Shown here: positions 26,127 to 36,975 of the stretch, one piece after another
How positions within the stretch are numbered: the stretch's first letter is position 1
Layout: each line of letters opens with the position of its first letter
Source: Anthoceros angustus
Taxonomy: Eukaryota; Plantae; Anthocerotophyta
DNA: 64,000 nucleotides
Assembly: GCA_010909165.1 (NCBI GenBank)
Contig: MU008161.1
Location: forward strand, 558,001 to 622,000
Reading direction: 5' to 3'
The notes under the pieces: generated by a model
What the model was told of the DNA's origin: nothing
Databases searched by the model: none
What the model saw: the letters and a program-made list of their open reading frames with translations, nothing else
Made by a program: the position numbers and the translations under genes

Positions 26127-27104
26127 CCTTATGAGTAGAGGTTCTTGAGATAATCAGATTTAGAGCTTTCAACTCAAAGAAATTTAAGGATGTAATATAT
26201 ATCTAAGATTCTCATTTGTTACCTAGTATGAATCGTCCTTCTTTTCAAATGTTTGTTGCTTGCTTTTGTTTTGGTGGCGATGAGGTCGTTTTCCTCTCGC
26301 AACTAAATGATGATGAGGTCATCTTTCTCTCGCAAAAGGACATATCCTAAACGTCCATGGTGGTGTAGCCTCTCCAATTGAAATTTTTAAGCGTTAGATG
26401 GTCTCAGCTTGGGGTGTAATGGTCTCAACCTAGACTATAATCACCGACTAATCAACTCGTCTTGCTAATCCCAAGGTCCCCTCGACTCCTTCGGAAAATC
26501 AATTATTATAGGCCTTTTGACTTCCAAAATAAATACCTAGGATTTCATTGTTGTTTGCTACATGGCTTATCCAATCTAAGATTGAAGGCCTTGCGATTTC
26601 TATGACCTACTTGAAATCGACCATGAGTGTTACATAAACAACAAAATTCAGTTTTGTGCGATATCACAATATTTGTGGAGAAATGCAAAACTCTCTTTAT
26701 CCAAACCATTTTTTCCCACAAACCCAAACTTAGATTTCCCCGCGAGCCCATATTTTCTTGCAGCATGTTGGTAATGTAAGTGTTGGCCCAGATCTCTTCT
26801 ATTTACCAATTGAGTGGATCTGATTAATAGGTGCCCCAAACTTATGCAGTGAGGAATAGCTTAAATTAGAAAGCCCAAAGGCTATTTATGTGAAGCCATG
26901 ATTTGAGAAGGCTGTTATAAAGCTCCATCTATTCGCTTTCGCCGCATACTCTACGGGTTGGGCGCTTCAAGTGGGACTAATTCAAGAGGAGCGCTTGGAG
27001 GGAGGACCCACGTCTTTGCGAAGATTAATGCAGTTGTACACAATCGCCTCAGAATTGCGCGCAACTCGTCGACAACCACCAATTTTAGGTAATTCAGAAC
27101 TTTG

Positions 27105-27380
27105 AATCCATCATTTTGCCGTGGTAGAAGGTTGGTTTTGTTGACAAATTGATCTTGTTCTACGGATTTTTCAAATTTATCCCCTTTTGCTTGCGTTGTT
27201 GTTTCCATTTTTAACACATTGGTTGTGTGTCAAATTACGAATTACTCCAGCATTTTGTCATGGTAGAAGGGATGTTTTTGTTGACAAATTGATCTTGTTC
27301 TACGATTTCTTTCAAATTTATTCCCTTTTGCTTGCGACGTTGTTTCCATGTTTAACACATTGTGTATGTGTGTCAAATTA
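27105..27380. repeat. ~140-bp tandem duplication
   Basis: CATTTTG.C.TGGTAGAAGG...TTTTGTTGACAAATTGATCTTGTTCTACG...TGTGTGTCAAATTA occurs twice. Confidence 0.9.
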
Positions 27381-28712
27381 AGAACTGGATCTTCAACCCT
27401 GCGACAGCCTTCGGTGCAGAAGTCTCCAACATAAATGGGGGCACAAGTCAAAGCAGTATCAATGAGGGCAACGAGTTCAAAACCAGTGTCGACTTAACTT
27501 AACTTAATGGAAGATGTGCCTTGGAGGCTGAAGGATTTATTATTATGGAATAGAGTAGGCCTGTTGCTTGTAGGCATTACTTGGAGCAAAGACAGTTGTT
27601 GCGTTTCCCTGATAGCAAGCTTGACAACAAACATGATGGCAATGTGAGACCCCACCCAACATGGGAAGCGAAAAAACAGCACAATTTCTTCACAAGAAAA
27701 CGAAGCGAAAATGGACCGTATGCAAATGTGTCGATGGAACGGCTACAATGTATCAATTGACCATAGAGCTAGAGATGTATCAATTAATCATGAACCCATT
27801 GTTGTAGATGTATCGATTAACAAAGTATGAGGGCAAATGCAAAGGAACTGGATTGCTACAATAGAACCAAGTAATTAACTTAACGCCAAAATGTTCAAGA
27901 ATTACTATACACAAATCTTGCTCTTGCCTTTGAACAAATATGCTATGTGTGAGCTTTTTAGTTTCTCCAGAGTTGTCAGCAGAATTCATTACTAGTGAAT
28001 GTATATATATAGTTCCTATTAAATGCTTATGATTTCATACTTGCTAGTTAGCTCAAGTTACGACTTGGCTTCATAAGTATGAAGGTACATAATTGAAATT
28101 AATAGAGAGATGGTTGACTCCTCAACTGCATAGACCCATCCGGATATGACAACTTTGTAGTACGGATGTGGAATCCAAGGAACATTTTGGTTAATTTTTG
28201 CTATAAGGATATCAGGAAAAATTTTATTATACTCTTTGACATACACTTTTTGGATACTCTTTCATCATATATAACTACAAGATTATGTTTACAATAAATG
28301 TGGGTGTTCATTTAGAATAATATTGAAAGATGATGAATTTGACAAAAGATTAAGGTTCTAGTTTTAGCTTAGACTAATCTAGACAATTTTTAGTTCTATT
28401 TTTAGTTTTAACATATATATTAAAGTACTTCAAACTTATATATTTAATGAAGAAAAGTAAGACCGTTTAGGACCCAATTCAGCTTCAGAAACTAAAAGGA
28501 TTGTATGCAAACGGCAACCACAAAAGTTGTTCCATTTCACATTTTGGTCTTTTGCCATTTTTTTCCTTCTTTTACATCCCTATAAGAATTTATTCAAACC
28601 TAGACCTCAACATGTTTCTAAGTCCTCACCCTCTCGCTTCAAAGGCTGGCTTCCTAGCAATTTAGGACCTTGCCGATTCACTCCTGATCAGAGACATGCA
28701 TCTTTTTAACAT

Positions 28713-28823
28713 GGCGAGTCTCTTTAGAGAAAGATATTGATTTAGCTCCTGGTCACCTGTATTTAGAACATCCATGGCCTTCAAGCCATACAGATTTCGT
28801 TTGACCTTTGTGTACTTGAACCT
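28713..28823 (-). pseudogene. Isolated ~110-bp KRI1 coding fragment
   Basis: Reverse complement reads RFKYTKVKRNLYGLKAMDVLNTGDQELNQYLSLKRLA, versus KRI1 RFKYTKVKPNLYGLRAKDILNADDQELSQYVSLKKLA at ~49648-49758. Confidence 0.9.
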
Positions 28824-29261
28824 ACTATGTTAAAGAACACATGCATCTTTTTAACATGGCGATTATTAATTCATTTTTTATTTCTTTCAAATTTTTAATT
28901 TTTTTATAATCTATTTCACTAATATTATTACTGTTAGCCTATAAAACAGTTATCCATTCAAATAATATTCCAAAATATCTAGATGATCCAGAATGAAGAG
29001 CCTAAAAGTAATGGAAGAGGGTCTGCTCGCACTATGTATGTTACCGTGCTCTATATATAGGGCGACAAAACGGCGGGAAGCCCTAGCTCCCGACCAACCA
29101 CGTCAGCATGGGAGAAAGGAGGCTCGGGCCGAGGCTGGGCGGGCGTGGGCCTGCTTTTTGTTGGTGCCTACGGTCGCCACTTCTCGCGATCCTCTTTCTC
29201 TCTCGCTTCTCTCTCTGCGCTCGTGTCGATCATCTGCAGAGGAGCAGTCAAGTCTACTGCC

Positions 29262-30635
29262 ATGGCGGCACATCCGCACCACCTGCAGCAGGCGGGCGGC
29301 TCCTCGCCCATGCCGGCTGTCATGCCGCCCCCTCTCCAATACGGCCACGCCGCGCAGCAGCAGCAGGCAAGCATTCCGGATCCGCTGCATTGGACCACTG
29401 CATCCCGCGGTGTCTCCGCTCACAGCTAGGTTGTGTGCAATTTCAGGCTTGCTGTATGCTCCGGGGCCTCCGGGAAGCCCGGAATTCCTCCTTGCCACCA
29501 GCGTATGCCTTGTGCTTGAATTGCTTGTGATATTTGGGGCGGTCCGTGCATGTGGATGTGCAGCTGCAGGCACAAATGCAGCCGCAGCTGCACTACCAGC
29601 AAATTCAAAAGCAGCAGCTCCAATTATTCTGGCAGCAGCAGATCCAGGAGATGGAGCAAGTCAGTGGTAGGGAATGGTGCTTCTTTGCCGCTTGCTGTGC
29701 CCTGCCTCCGCCTCTTCCTCTCATCGTGCTTTTGCGCCGCATGCAGAGTTCAAAAACCACCAGCTGCCGCTGGCAAGGATAAAGAAGATCATGAAGTCGG
29801 ACGAAGATGTTAAGGTGAGTGAGGACCAAGGTAGTCTACTTGCCGCTGCTTCTTCCCTAAGCTCTTTCTTTTTTTCCAGTTTTTAAACGTTTTGGAGCGT
29901 TGGCCGTGAACTAAGGCTTTTGACCTCGCAGATGATTGCAGCAGAGGCTCCAGTGCTCTTTGCCAAAGCTTGTGAGATGTTCATCCTGGAGCTCACGCTG
30001 CGGTCATGGATACACACGGAGGAAAATAAGCGCCGAACCTTGCAAAGAAACGATATTGCTGGGGCTATCACCAGGGGCGACATTTTTGACTTCCTCGTAG
30101 ACATTGTGCCAAGGGATGAGCTCAAGGTGAAGCATCCAATCCGTCTTGCGTTGGAGGATGCTGGAATGTGAAATCCTTGTGTGACCTGTCTTTGTCGGTA
30201 CTGACAAGATTCTTTCTCCTTCCAGGAAGAGGATCTCGGGGTGCACTGGACTGGAGTACCTGGTGAGCCTGTGCCTTACGGAGGGATGTATTATCCACCC
30301 ATGCCACCGCAGCCTCTTCATCATCCTGCCATGACCAATCCTGTAAGCATCCTAGCCGACTCGGGGGTTGCTGCCGTCCTTATTTGAAGCGCACTGTATG
30401 TGCGCTAAGGTTTATTTTTGCGTTTCCCTAATGATCTTTTCCTGCTTTTAGGAAATGCTGGTTGTGCAGCCAGGGATGCCAGGAAACCCTCAAGTAATGT
30501 ACCCTCCACAGGTAACCTGTTCGTCTCTGGGATACCCTATGGCTGCTGCTCCCATCTTTCTTGTCGTAATGCTGACTGCTGTGTTGATACCTTTGCCAGC
30601 AATGGCAGCCTCAAGAGCCTCCTTCGACAACATAG
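29262..30635 (+). CDS. NF-YC: Nuclear factor Y subunit C (multi-exon)
   Basis: [37 protein letters not shown]|[26 protein letters not shown]...[12 protein letters not shown] and a Pro/Gln-rich tail. First intron probably GC-AG. Confidence 0.95.
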
Positions 30636-30972
30636 GAACTGGGGGGGTTACTCCACAAGAGCCTGGGGCCAACAGTGCCCGGTACTGTGAAGTGCTCACT
30701 GGTGGTGGTAGCTGATAGAAGCGTGTTTGCAACCGTTCCATGCTGTAGCGAGGTCCAAAGTGGCTTGACAGCCCTGGAAAATTACAGGGCAAATTCGTGT
30801 ACATATTATACACCACATCAAAATGCATTTCGTCTTCACTTCCTGTTCTTGATCCTGTCTTGGTGTATCTTGGACTGGGCGCTCGACACCCATCATCTGA
30901 TGCTAGACTTGTTCTACGCCTTCGGGGCGGATATGTAGAGCTGGGAAGTTGCCCTGGAACCTCCGCAGCAAC

Positions 30973-31635
30973 ATGTCGATAGCGCTGAAAGGGGTAGCAG
31001 GTGGCTTGGAGGGGCGGGGCGCGCTCATCGTGCTAGAGGGCCTGGACCGGTGCGGGAAAAGCTCTCAGAGCGCCAGCCTCACGTCCTTCCTGGAGTCGAG
31101 TGGTGTGCCTGTAGAAGCATTGCGATTCCCAGATCGCACCACTGCTGTGGGCCAGATGATCTCCTCCTATCTCAGCAGGGACAAGGAGATCGATGACAGA
31201 GTGGTGCATTTGCTCTTCTCCGCCAACCGGTGGGAGAAGCAAGCTTTGATCGAAGCCAGGTTGCGAGCTGGAGTCACGGTTGTTGTTGATCGCTACTCTT
31301 ACTCCGGGGTTGCCTTCACGGCTGCTAAAGGCTACGACTTGGAGTGGTGCAAGCAACCAGAGAGGGGACTTCCCGCTCCGGATCTGGTCTTCTATCTTGA
31401 TATCTCGGCTGAAGAAGCAGCCATGAGGGGGAATTACGGGGAGGAGCGGTACGAGAAACTCGATTTCCAACAACGAGTTGCAAAGCAGTATCAGCTTCTG
31501 CGCGACGCGACCTGGATGGATGTAGACGCGATGCAATCTGTGGAAGCTATACATGAGGTAATTCGCGAGGAGACGCTCAAGGTTATCCAGCTCTGTCGCG
31601 GTGGTAGGCGGCTCTGGCCACTGTGGCAGTCATGA
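30973..31635 (+). CDS. TMPK: Thymidylate kinase, single coding exon
   Basis: P-loop RGALIVLEGLDRCGKSSQ, RFPDRTT, LLFSANRWE, VVDRYSYSG, GLPAPDLV and YGEERYE. Confidence 0.95.
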   Translation: MSIALKGVAGGLEGRGALIVLEGLDRCGKSSQSASLTSFLESSGVPVEALRFPDRTTAVGQMISSYLSRDKEIDDRVVHLLFSANRWEKQALIEARLRAGVTVVVDRYSYSGVAFTAAKGYDLEWCKQPERGLPAPDLVFYLDISAEEAAMRGNYGEERYEKLDFQQRVAKQYQLLRDATWMDVDAMQSVEAIHEVIREETLKVIQLCRGGRRLWPLWQS

Positions 31636-32582
31636 ACAACCATGTTTCCGTTGCCAGCTTTTTGTTGTAGGGTTTAAGCATCTCTTCCGGAACTGCTGTC
31701 CGACCTTCCGCTCCATGGCATGGTGAGTACGTAGCTGAGTCTCAACTGCCTGCCTTGCACGGGATGGATGCAGAGAGAATTTGAAATTTTGAGCGAGTTC
31801 TGGAGATTTCTCTCCACGAGTTCATAGTACCTCCAGTTCCTCTACCGGCCATTGACGGCTTTGTTTTGGCCATTTGTTCTGTGTTAGCAGCAGCTTCGTC
31901 ACTCGTTGAATTGGCGGCTCTGGCCACTGTGGCAGTCATGAGCAACCATGTTTCCATTGCTCGCTTTTTGTTTTAGGGTTTAAGCATCTCTTCCGGAACC
32001 GCTGTCCGACCTTCCGCTCCATGGCATGGTGAGTACGTAGCTGAGTCTCAATTGCCTGCCTTGCACGGGATGGATGTAGATAGACTTTGAAATTTTGAGC
32101 GAGTTCTGGAGACTTCTCTCCAAGAGTTATTAGTACCTCCGGTTGCCCTACCGGCCATTGACGGCTTTGTTTTGGCCATTTGTTCTGTGTTAGCAGCAGC
32201 TTCGTCAGTCATTGAATTGGTCACCTCTTTTCGTTATTCAGCTCTGTCGCGGTGGTAGGCGGCTCTGGCCACTGTGTCAGTCATGAGCAACCATGTTTCC
32301 ATTGCCAGCTTTTTGTTTTAGGGTTTAAGCATCTCTTCCAGAACTGCTGTCCGACCTTCCGCTCCATGGCATGGTGAGTACGTAGCTGAGTCTCAATTGT
32401 CTGCCTTGCACGGGATGGATGCAGAGAGAATTTGAAAATTTGAGCGAGTTCTTGAGATTTCTCTCCACGAGTTATCAGTACCTCCAGTGCTCTACCGGCC
32501 ACTGACGGCTTTGTTTTGGCCATTTGTTCTGCGTTACCAGCAGCTTCGTCACTCATTGAATTGGGCACTTCTTTTCGTTATT
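31588..32582. repeat. Triplicated TMPK 3' end and 3' flank (~305-345-bp units)
   Basis: GGCGGCTCTGGCCACTGTG.CAGTCATGA...CTGTCCGACCTTCCGCTCCATGGCATGGTGAGTACGTAGC at ~31607, ~31913 and ~32257. Confidence 0.95.
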
Positions 32583-32889
32583 TATGTTTGTCGTTCCCTC
32601 TTGTACAGCGATGGCGGGCTGTCATGAATTTTTCGTGACTTCGGATATTCAAAAGAGTCCTCTTTATTCAAAAGAAGTGTATCTTGGGAAGGAAGGGAAT
32701 GTGGAGACTTTATAAAAAGAATGGGATGGGAATCCCATCTACCCCGAGGCGAAAGGGGACAACCTATGACTGGGCACCGGGCTAGAGGGCTGCCCGCACT
32801 AATCTACACTATATCCCCCTACCACCCCCAAGATGTCGCTATATGAGACAATGAAGGGCCTACTCACCACTAGTGTCGCCGATGCCACA

Positions 32890-33640
32890 TCTCCAGCACT
32901 CGTCATTCAGCCAGGAACCTGTACCCTTCCCTGAGCAAGAGTGAAGGAGACCTCTAGTGGGACGAGGAATAGATGGTGAGCTCTAGCGGGACGAGGAATA
33001 GATGAATCTAGAAGACGACCCTATAGTAGCTGCTCTTAATGCTTCTCCTGAAGAGAAGCATGCAACCCCCGAAGCCCGTCTGCGAGAAACGAAGAAAAAG
33101 AAGGCATGCCCTCCTTGGCTAGAGGTGGTAAGAGGTCCCTAGCCGACCTTAGGGACACTTGCAGGGGGATGCACCCCTCCTTAACTCCTACGACGAATGA
33201 ACTTATCCAAAATGCTGCTATCTCGAATAAGGAAGCGAGAGGCCAAAATTGGGGCTGAGAGGGCCCAGCTTCCTAGAAAGGCCGTTGGCACCGAGGCCTC
33301 CATGGCCAAAAAACCTGTGCCCCCAAGAGCGTTAGGGAGAGATGCTTGTTGCCGCTCTAGGTTCCCGGCCGCACATTTGAAGAAACCTGGGCTGATAATG
33401 TCTCTTGAAGACTGCAACCTCCCTATGAGTGTGTCATAAAAAGCCAAAAGATGATCAGACTGCACCCCAACCATTGCTAAGACTCCGACGGAGGCTCCAG
33501 GGAGCAAGCAGCCCGACGAGAGGAGGAAGGGGCAGCAACGCCGGAAGATGTAGCCCTTACCTAAGCCTCCCAAGCATTTCGGTCAAAGTCCTTGTGCATC
33601 ATGCCCATATGCCTCTTTGCACCAACAATACCCTCATATA
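32890..33640 (-). mobile_element. Degenerate non-LTR retrotransposon fragment, CRE-clade-like
   Basis: QQASLPNALGGTG...AFLGSW and downstream RGLLHSCSGKGTGSWL resemble the post-RT motifs I recall for CRE/Cnl1/MoTeR-type elements. Stops and frameshifts are present. Confidence 0.55.
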
Positions 33641-33799
33641 AAATTTCGCAGACGGAGCAAGGAGTGTCCTTCCCAGAAGTGGAAGAAGGAGGCCCCATGG
33701 AAAAAATAATATGAAGGAACCTTATCCAAAACTAGGGTGCTCCACTCTCTGATTTGTTTGTCAAATATAGGAGGTATCCATTCTTGAACATAGAAGATG

Positions 33800-34150
33800 C
33801 CATAAAACTCTAAACTTGTAGAACCCTATACGTGTGAAACCCTAAACCTGGAAGATCAGTTGCCATAAAACCCTAAACTTGTGGAACCCTAAATTTATGA
33901 AACCCTAAACTTGGAAGATTAGCTGCCGTAAAACCCTGAACCTGTGGAACTCTAAATTTCTGAAACTCTAATCCTAAAAGAACAACAGCCACAAAAACCC
34001 TAAACCTGTGAAACCCTATACTTGTGAAACTCTAAACTTGTGGAACCCTAAATTTGTGAAACCCTCCTCCTACACCCTAAACCTAGAAGATTAGCTGCTG
34101 CAAAACCCTAAACCTGTGAAACCCTAAACTTGTGAAACCCTAAACTTGGA
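33800..34150. repeat. Degenerate telomere-motif (AACCCTAAA) array
   Basis: More than a dozen AACCCTAAAC/AACTCTAAA cores joined by short spacers such as TTGTGG and CTGTGA. Confidence 0.8.
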
Positions 34151-35379
34151 ACCCAGCTCATCGCCAGCCCCGTTGCCACGACCTCTCGGACCCTGCTATT
34201 GCGCCACCCCCAACAACGGGCATGAAAGACATGATGATGAAGATGAAGAAAAATAAACCATAGGAAGTGGAAAGAGCATGGCCACATTGTATCCCAAGCG
34301 TTACCAAACTCTACTTCAATCTTTTTACCCACATGCACCCATATCTTAGAATTGATCCCTCATATTTTGACCCCCACAATATTACTTTCCTACTCGTGCA
34401 TGTGCCATCGCTCCTTCCAGCCTCCTCCTATATCCTCCTGCAATCACTCCCTCTCATCGCGCCCTCCAGCCTCCTCCTCTTCCTACATCCTCTCGCATCC
34501 TTCCGCATCCTCCTACATCCTCCCAAAATAGGACCACTAGTAAGAGTGTCAAATAGGGATATCCCAAACGGCATGCCATACTCGGCCTCTTATCTACCTG
34601 CTACCTAGTGTATTAGCATCTGCACTCCCAACGGTTAAATGGTCTCCCAAGCATTGGGTCGTTGTTGCAATTGCATTCACTCGAGTACACATGAACCTGC
34701 GCTACTACCTCGCATGGCAATGCGAGTTTGGTGACCTGCATTGTCGCCTTCGTTGGTGGCAATCTCGATTTTTGTGAAGGCAGGAAGGTCCCTCATAGGC
34801 TTGTCGCTTTATAATTCAGCTATATTATATCTTACATTACTATCATAAACTATGTGTAATTATCCCGTGGCTAAGGGGTACGTGAGGTGATTTTTTATTA
34901 CACTTACTTTTATTATATCTTACATCACTACCATAAACCATTGTGTAATTATCGATACCATCCATACGGGGTCCGTAAGGGTTTTTTATTACAATTAAAT
35001 TAATTAAAATTACAAGGTTATTTTTATAAATTTAGTATACATAATTTACATGACAGACATAATCTATATAATATATGTAATATGTATAATATATATATAA
35101 GAAGTATAAGTATCAAGATTCAAGTAAATATATGTAATATACTGATAATATATAATTCATATATAAAATATTATAATTTTGAGTAAACATGCATGAAAAT
35201 AAAATTATAAGCTCACAATGGAGGTAGCTTCTCCTTCTTCATTGTTTCATCTCCCTTCTTGAGACGCAGACTCCCCTTCTTCATTATCCTTCATTTCACC
35301 ATGACGGACATCTTCTAGGCTACTGTTTGCAACCATTTGTATAGGTTCAAGACTTTCTAAGTACGCCATCCAATCCTCA

Positions 35380-35810
35380 CAATCGGTTGCTTCAATATTA
35401 AAATTGTGCCGTTTTAACACTATAATGTTATAGTAGACATAAACAAGCATACCAACTGTGTTCACCATTTTTTCTTGCTCTATTATCATGCCATACATGT
35501 TTCCATGCCTCTGTTCACCATAGTTCTTGCTCTATTATCATGCTAGACATGTTTCATGCGCTCCAATTTCTTTCCCCTCTTCCTGCAATTGGAGGAATGT
35601 TCAACAACCTCGTTGCTACATCTGCAAGTTGTGAACATTCCTTTATATCCTCTCCATATCCTTCCCACTGTTCCAAAATGTTATACATCAACCATTCTTG
35701 GAAATGCATCTCCTCATCAACGCATAACTTACCAGGTCTAAGCCTATAGTGATTGAATTGCAACAAAAAACAATGAGCTTCTTTAGTATTAGTGGGTGCA
35801 AGCATGGTTA
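35380..35810 (-). mobile_element. hAT transposase C-terminal (dimerisation region) relic
   Basis: WEGYG...CSQLADVATRLLNIP...GERNWS followed by MLVYVYYN. The frame is broken by a ~53-bp internal duplication. Confidence 0.7.
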
Positions 35811-35814
35811 GGTG

Positions 35815-35868
35815 CTCACCAGCTGATAGATTGAACGGTGCTCACCGTTCAATCTATCAGCTGGTGAG
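35815..35868. repeat. Perfect 26-bp inverted repeat with 2-nt spacer
   Basis: CTCACCAGCTGATAGATTGAACGGTG ct CACCGTTCAATCTATCAGCTGGTGAG. Confidence 0.97.
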
Positions 35869-36975
35869 ATGCTAGGCAACAACTTCCTCTGCTTCGGATT
35901 TAACATCGCAGAAGCAAAAAAGAAATCTTGCCAACCATGTTTCTCGGAAATCTATGAGCTAGTGAAATGCTAGGCAACAACTTCCTATGCTTCGGATCTA
36001 ACATTGCAATAGCAATAAAACAAACATGATTACCATATTTTTCGGAAAAGCCTCCTTCATGCTGCCACTACCCGCATTCCACAATCCACTAGAAGCCGCA
36101 CCCTTGTGCCAGCCATAGTTCTCGGAAAAGCCTGCTTCATGCCGCCACCACCCGCATTCCACAATCTGCCAGAAGCCGCACTCGTGAGGGTGCCAAAGCC
36201 GTTTGCGTTTTAGTCTATCTTCTATTAGAAGGGTTATCTTACTACTGTAATTATTATGATAGTAAAATATAATAAAATTCTTATTCCTTTTAATATACAT
36301 ATAATTTTTTAAAAATATATAATTATATTTTTATTACTATAAGATATAAGTATAAAAATACTATTTTACCTTATGATAATAATTACCACTTTAAATTACT
36401 ATACTACTGGGGCCCTACACGTAATACTCACAAGTCCCTCCTCTTTGGCGGTATGCCGCATTTGAGCAGAACTCGGAGAAAGGAGAGTTAAAGAAGTAAT
36501 TCTTGAGTGGTATATACGTATGTAGAACGGATGGGGATGCAGAATTCCGCGTTGTCTTTCAACGTAGTCGAAGTAATTGTAAGTGGCGGTCCACAAGTCG
36601 CATCACTTCAATCGGTGCGATCCTATCGGAGGGGAAAAACCGTTACCTAATAGCACTGCGGACTCAATTCTCGGCCACTCAACCTCTTGCGTAGGTGTAA
36701 TGCACGTTTATAACGCGGTCCACCGCGAAGGTGCGCATGAGAAAGGAGCGCAAGAGTTTTTCTATGAACCTTGGTTTGAAATGCACGCTTTCACTTCCAT
36801 CCGGCGTGTCAAGAGGAAGAGACTTTGGTGCCTGTCCTTCACTCCACTCCACCCCACTCCACTCAGCAAAAGAGAGTGAAGTCCACTAAAAAGTTGAGTA
36901 CTACTAGTTTTGTTTGTGTAGGAGATTTGTTGCTTTCCGAAGTACTTTCCTGAAATGCTGTGCCTCGGGAAGAAG

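Noticed and set aside
28993-29670. 225-aa ORF overlapping NF-YC
   Set aside because: It runs out of frame through the promoter, exon 1 and intron 1 of NF-YC and has no recognisable motif.
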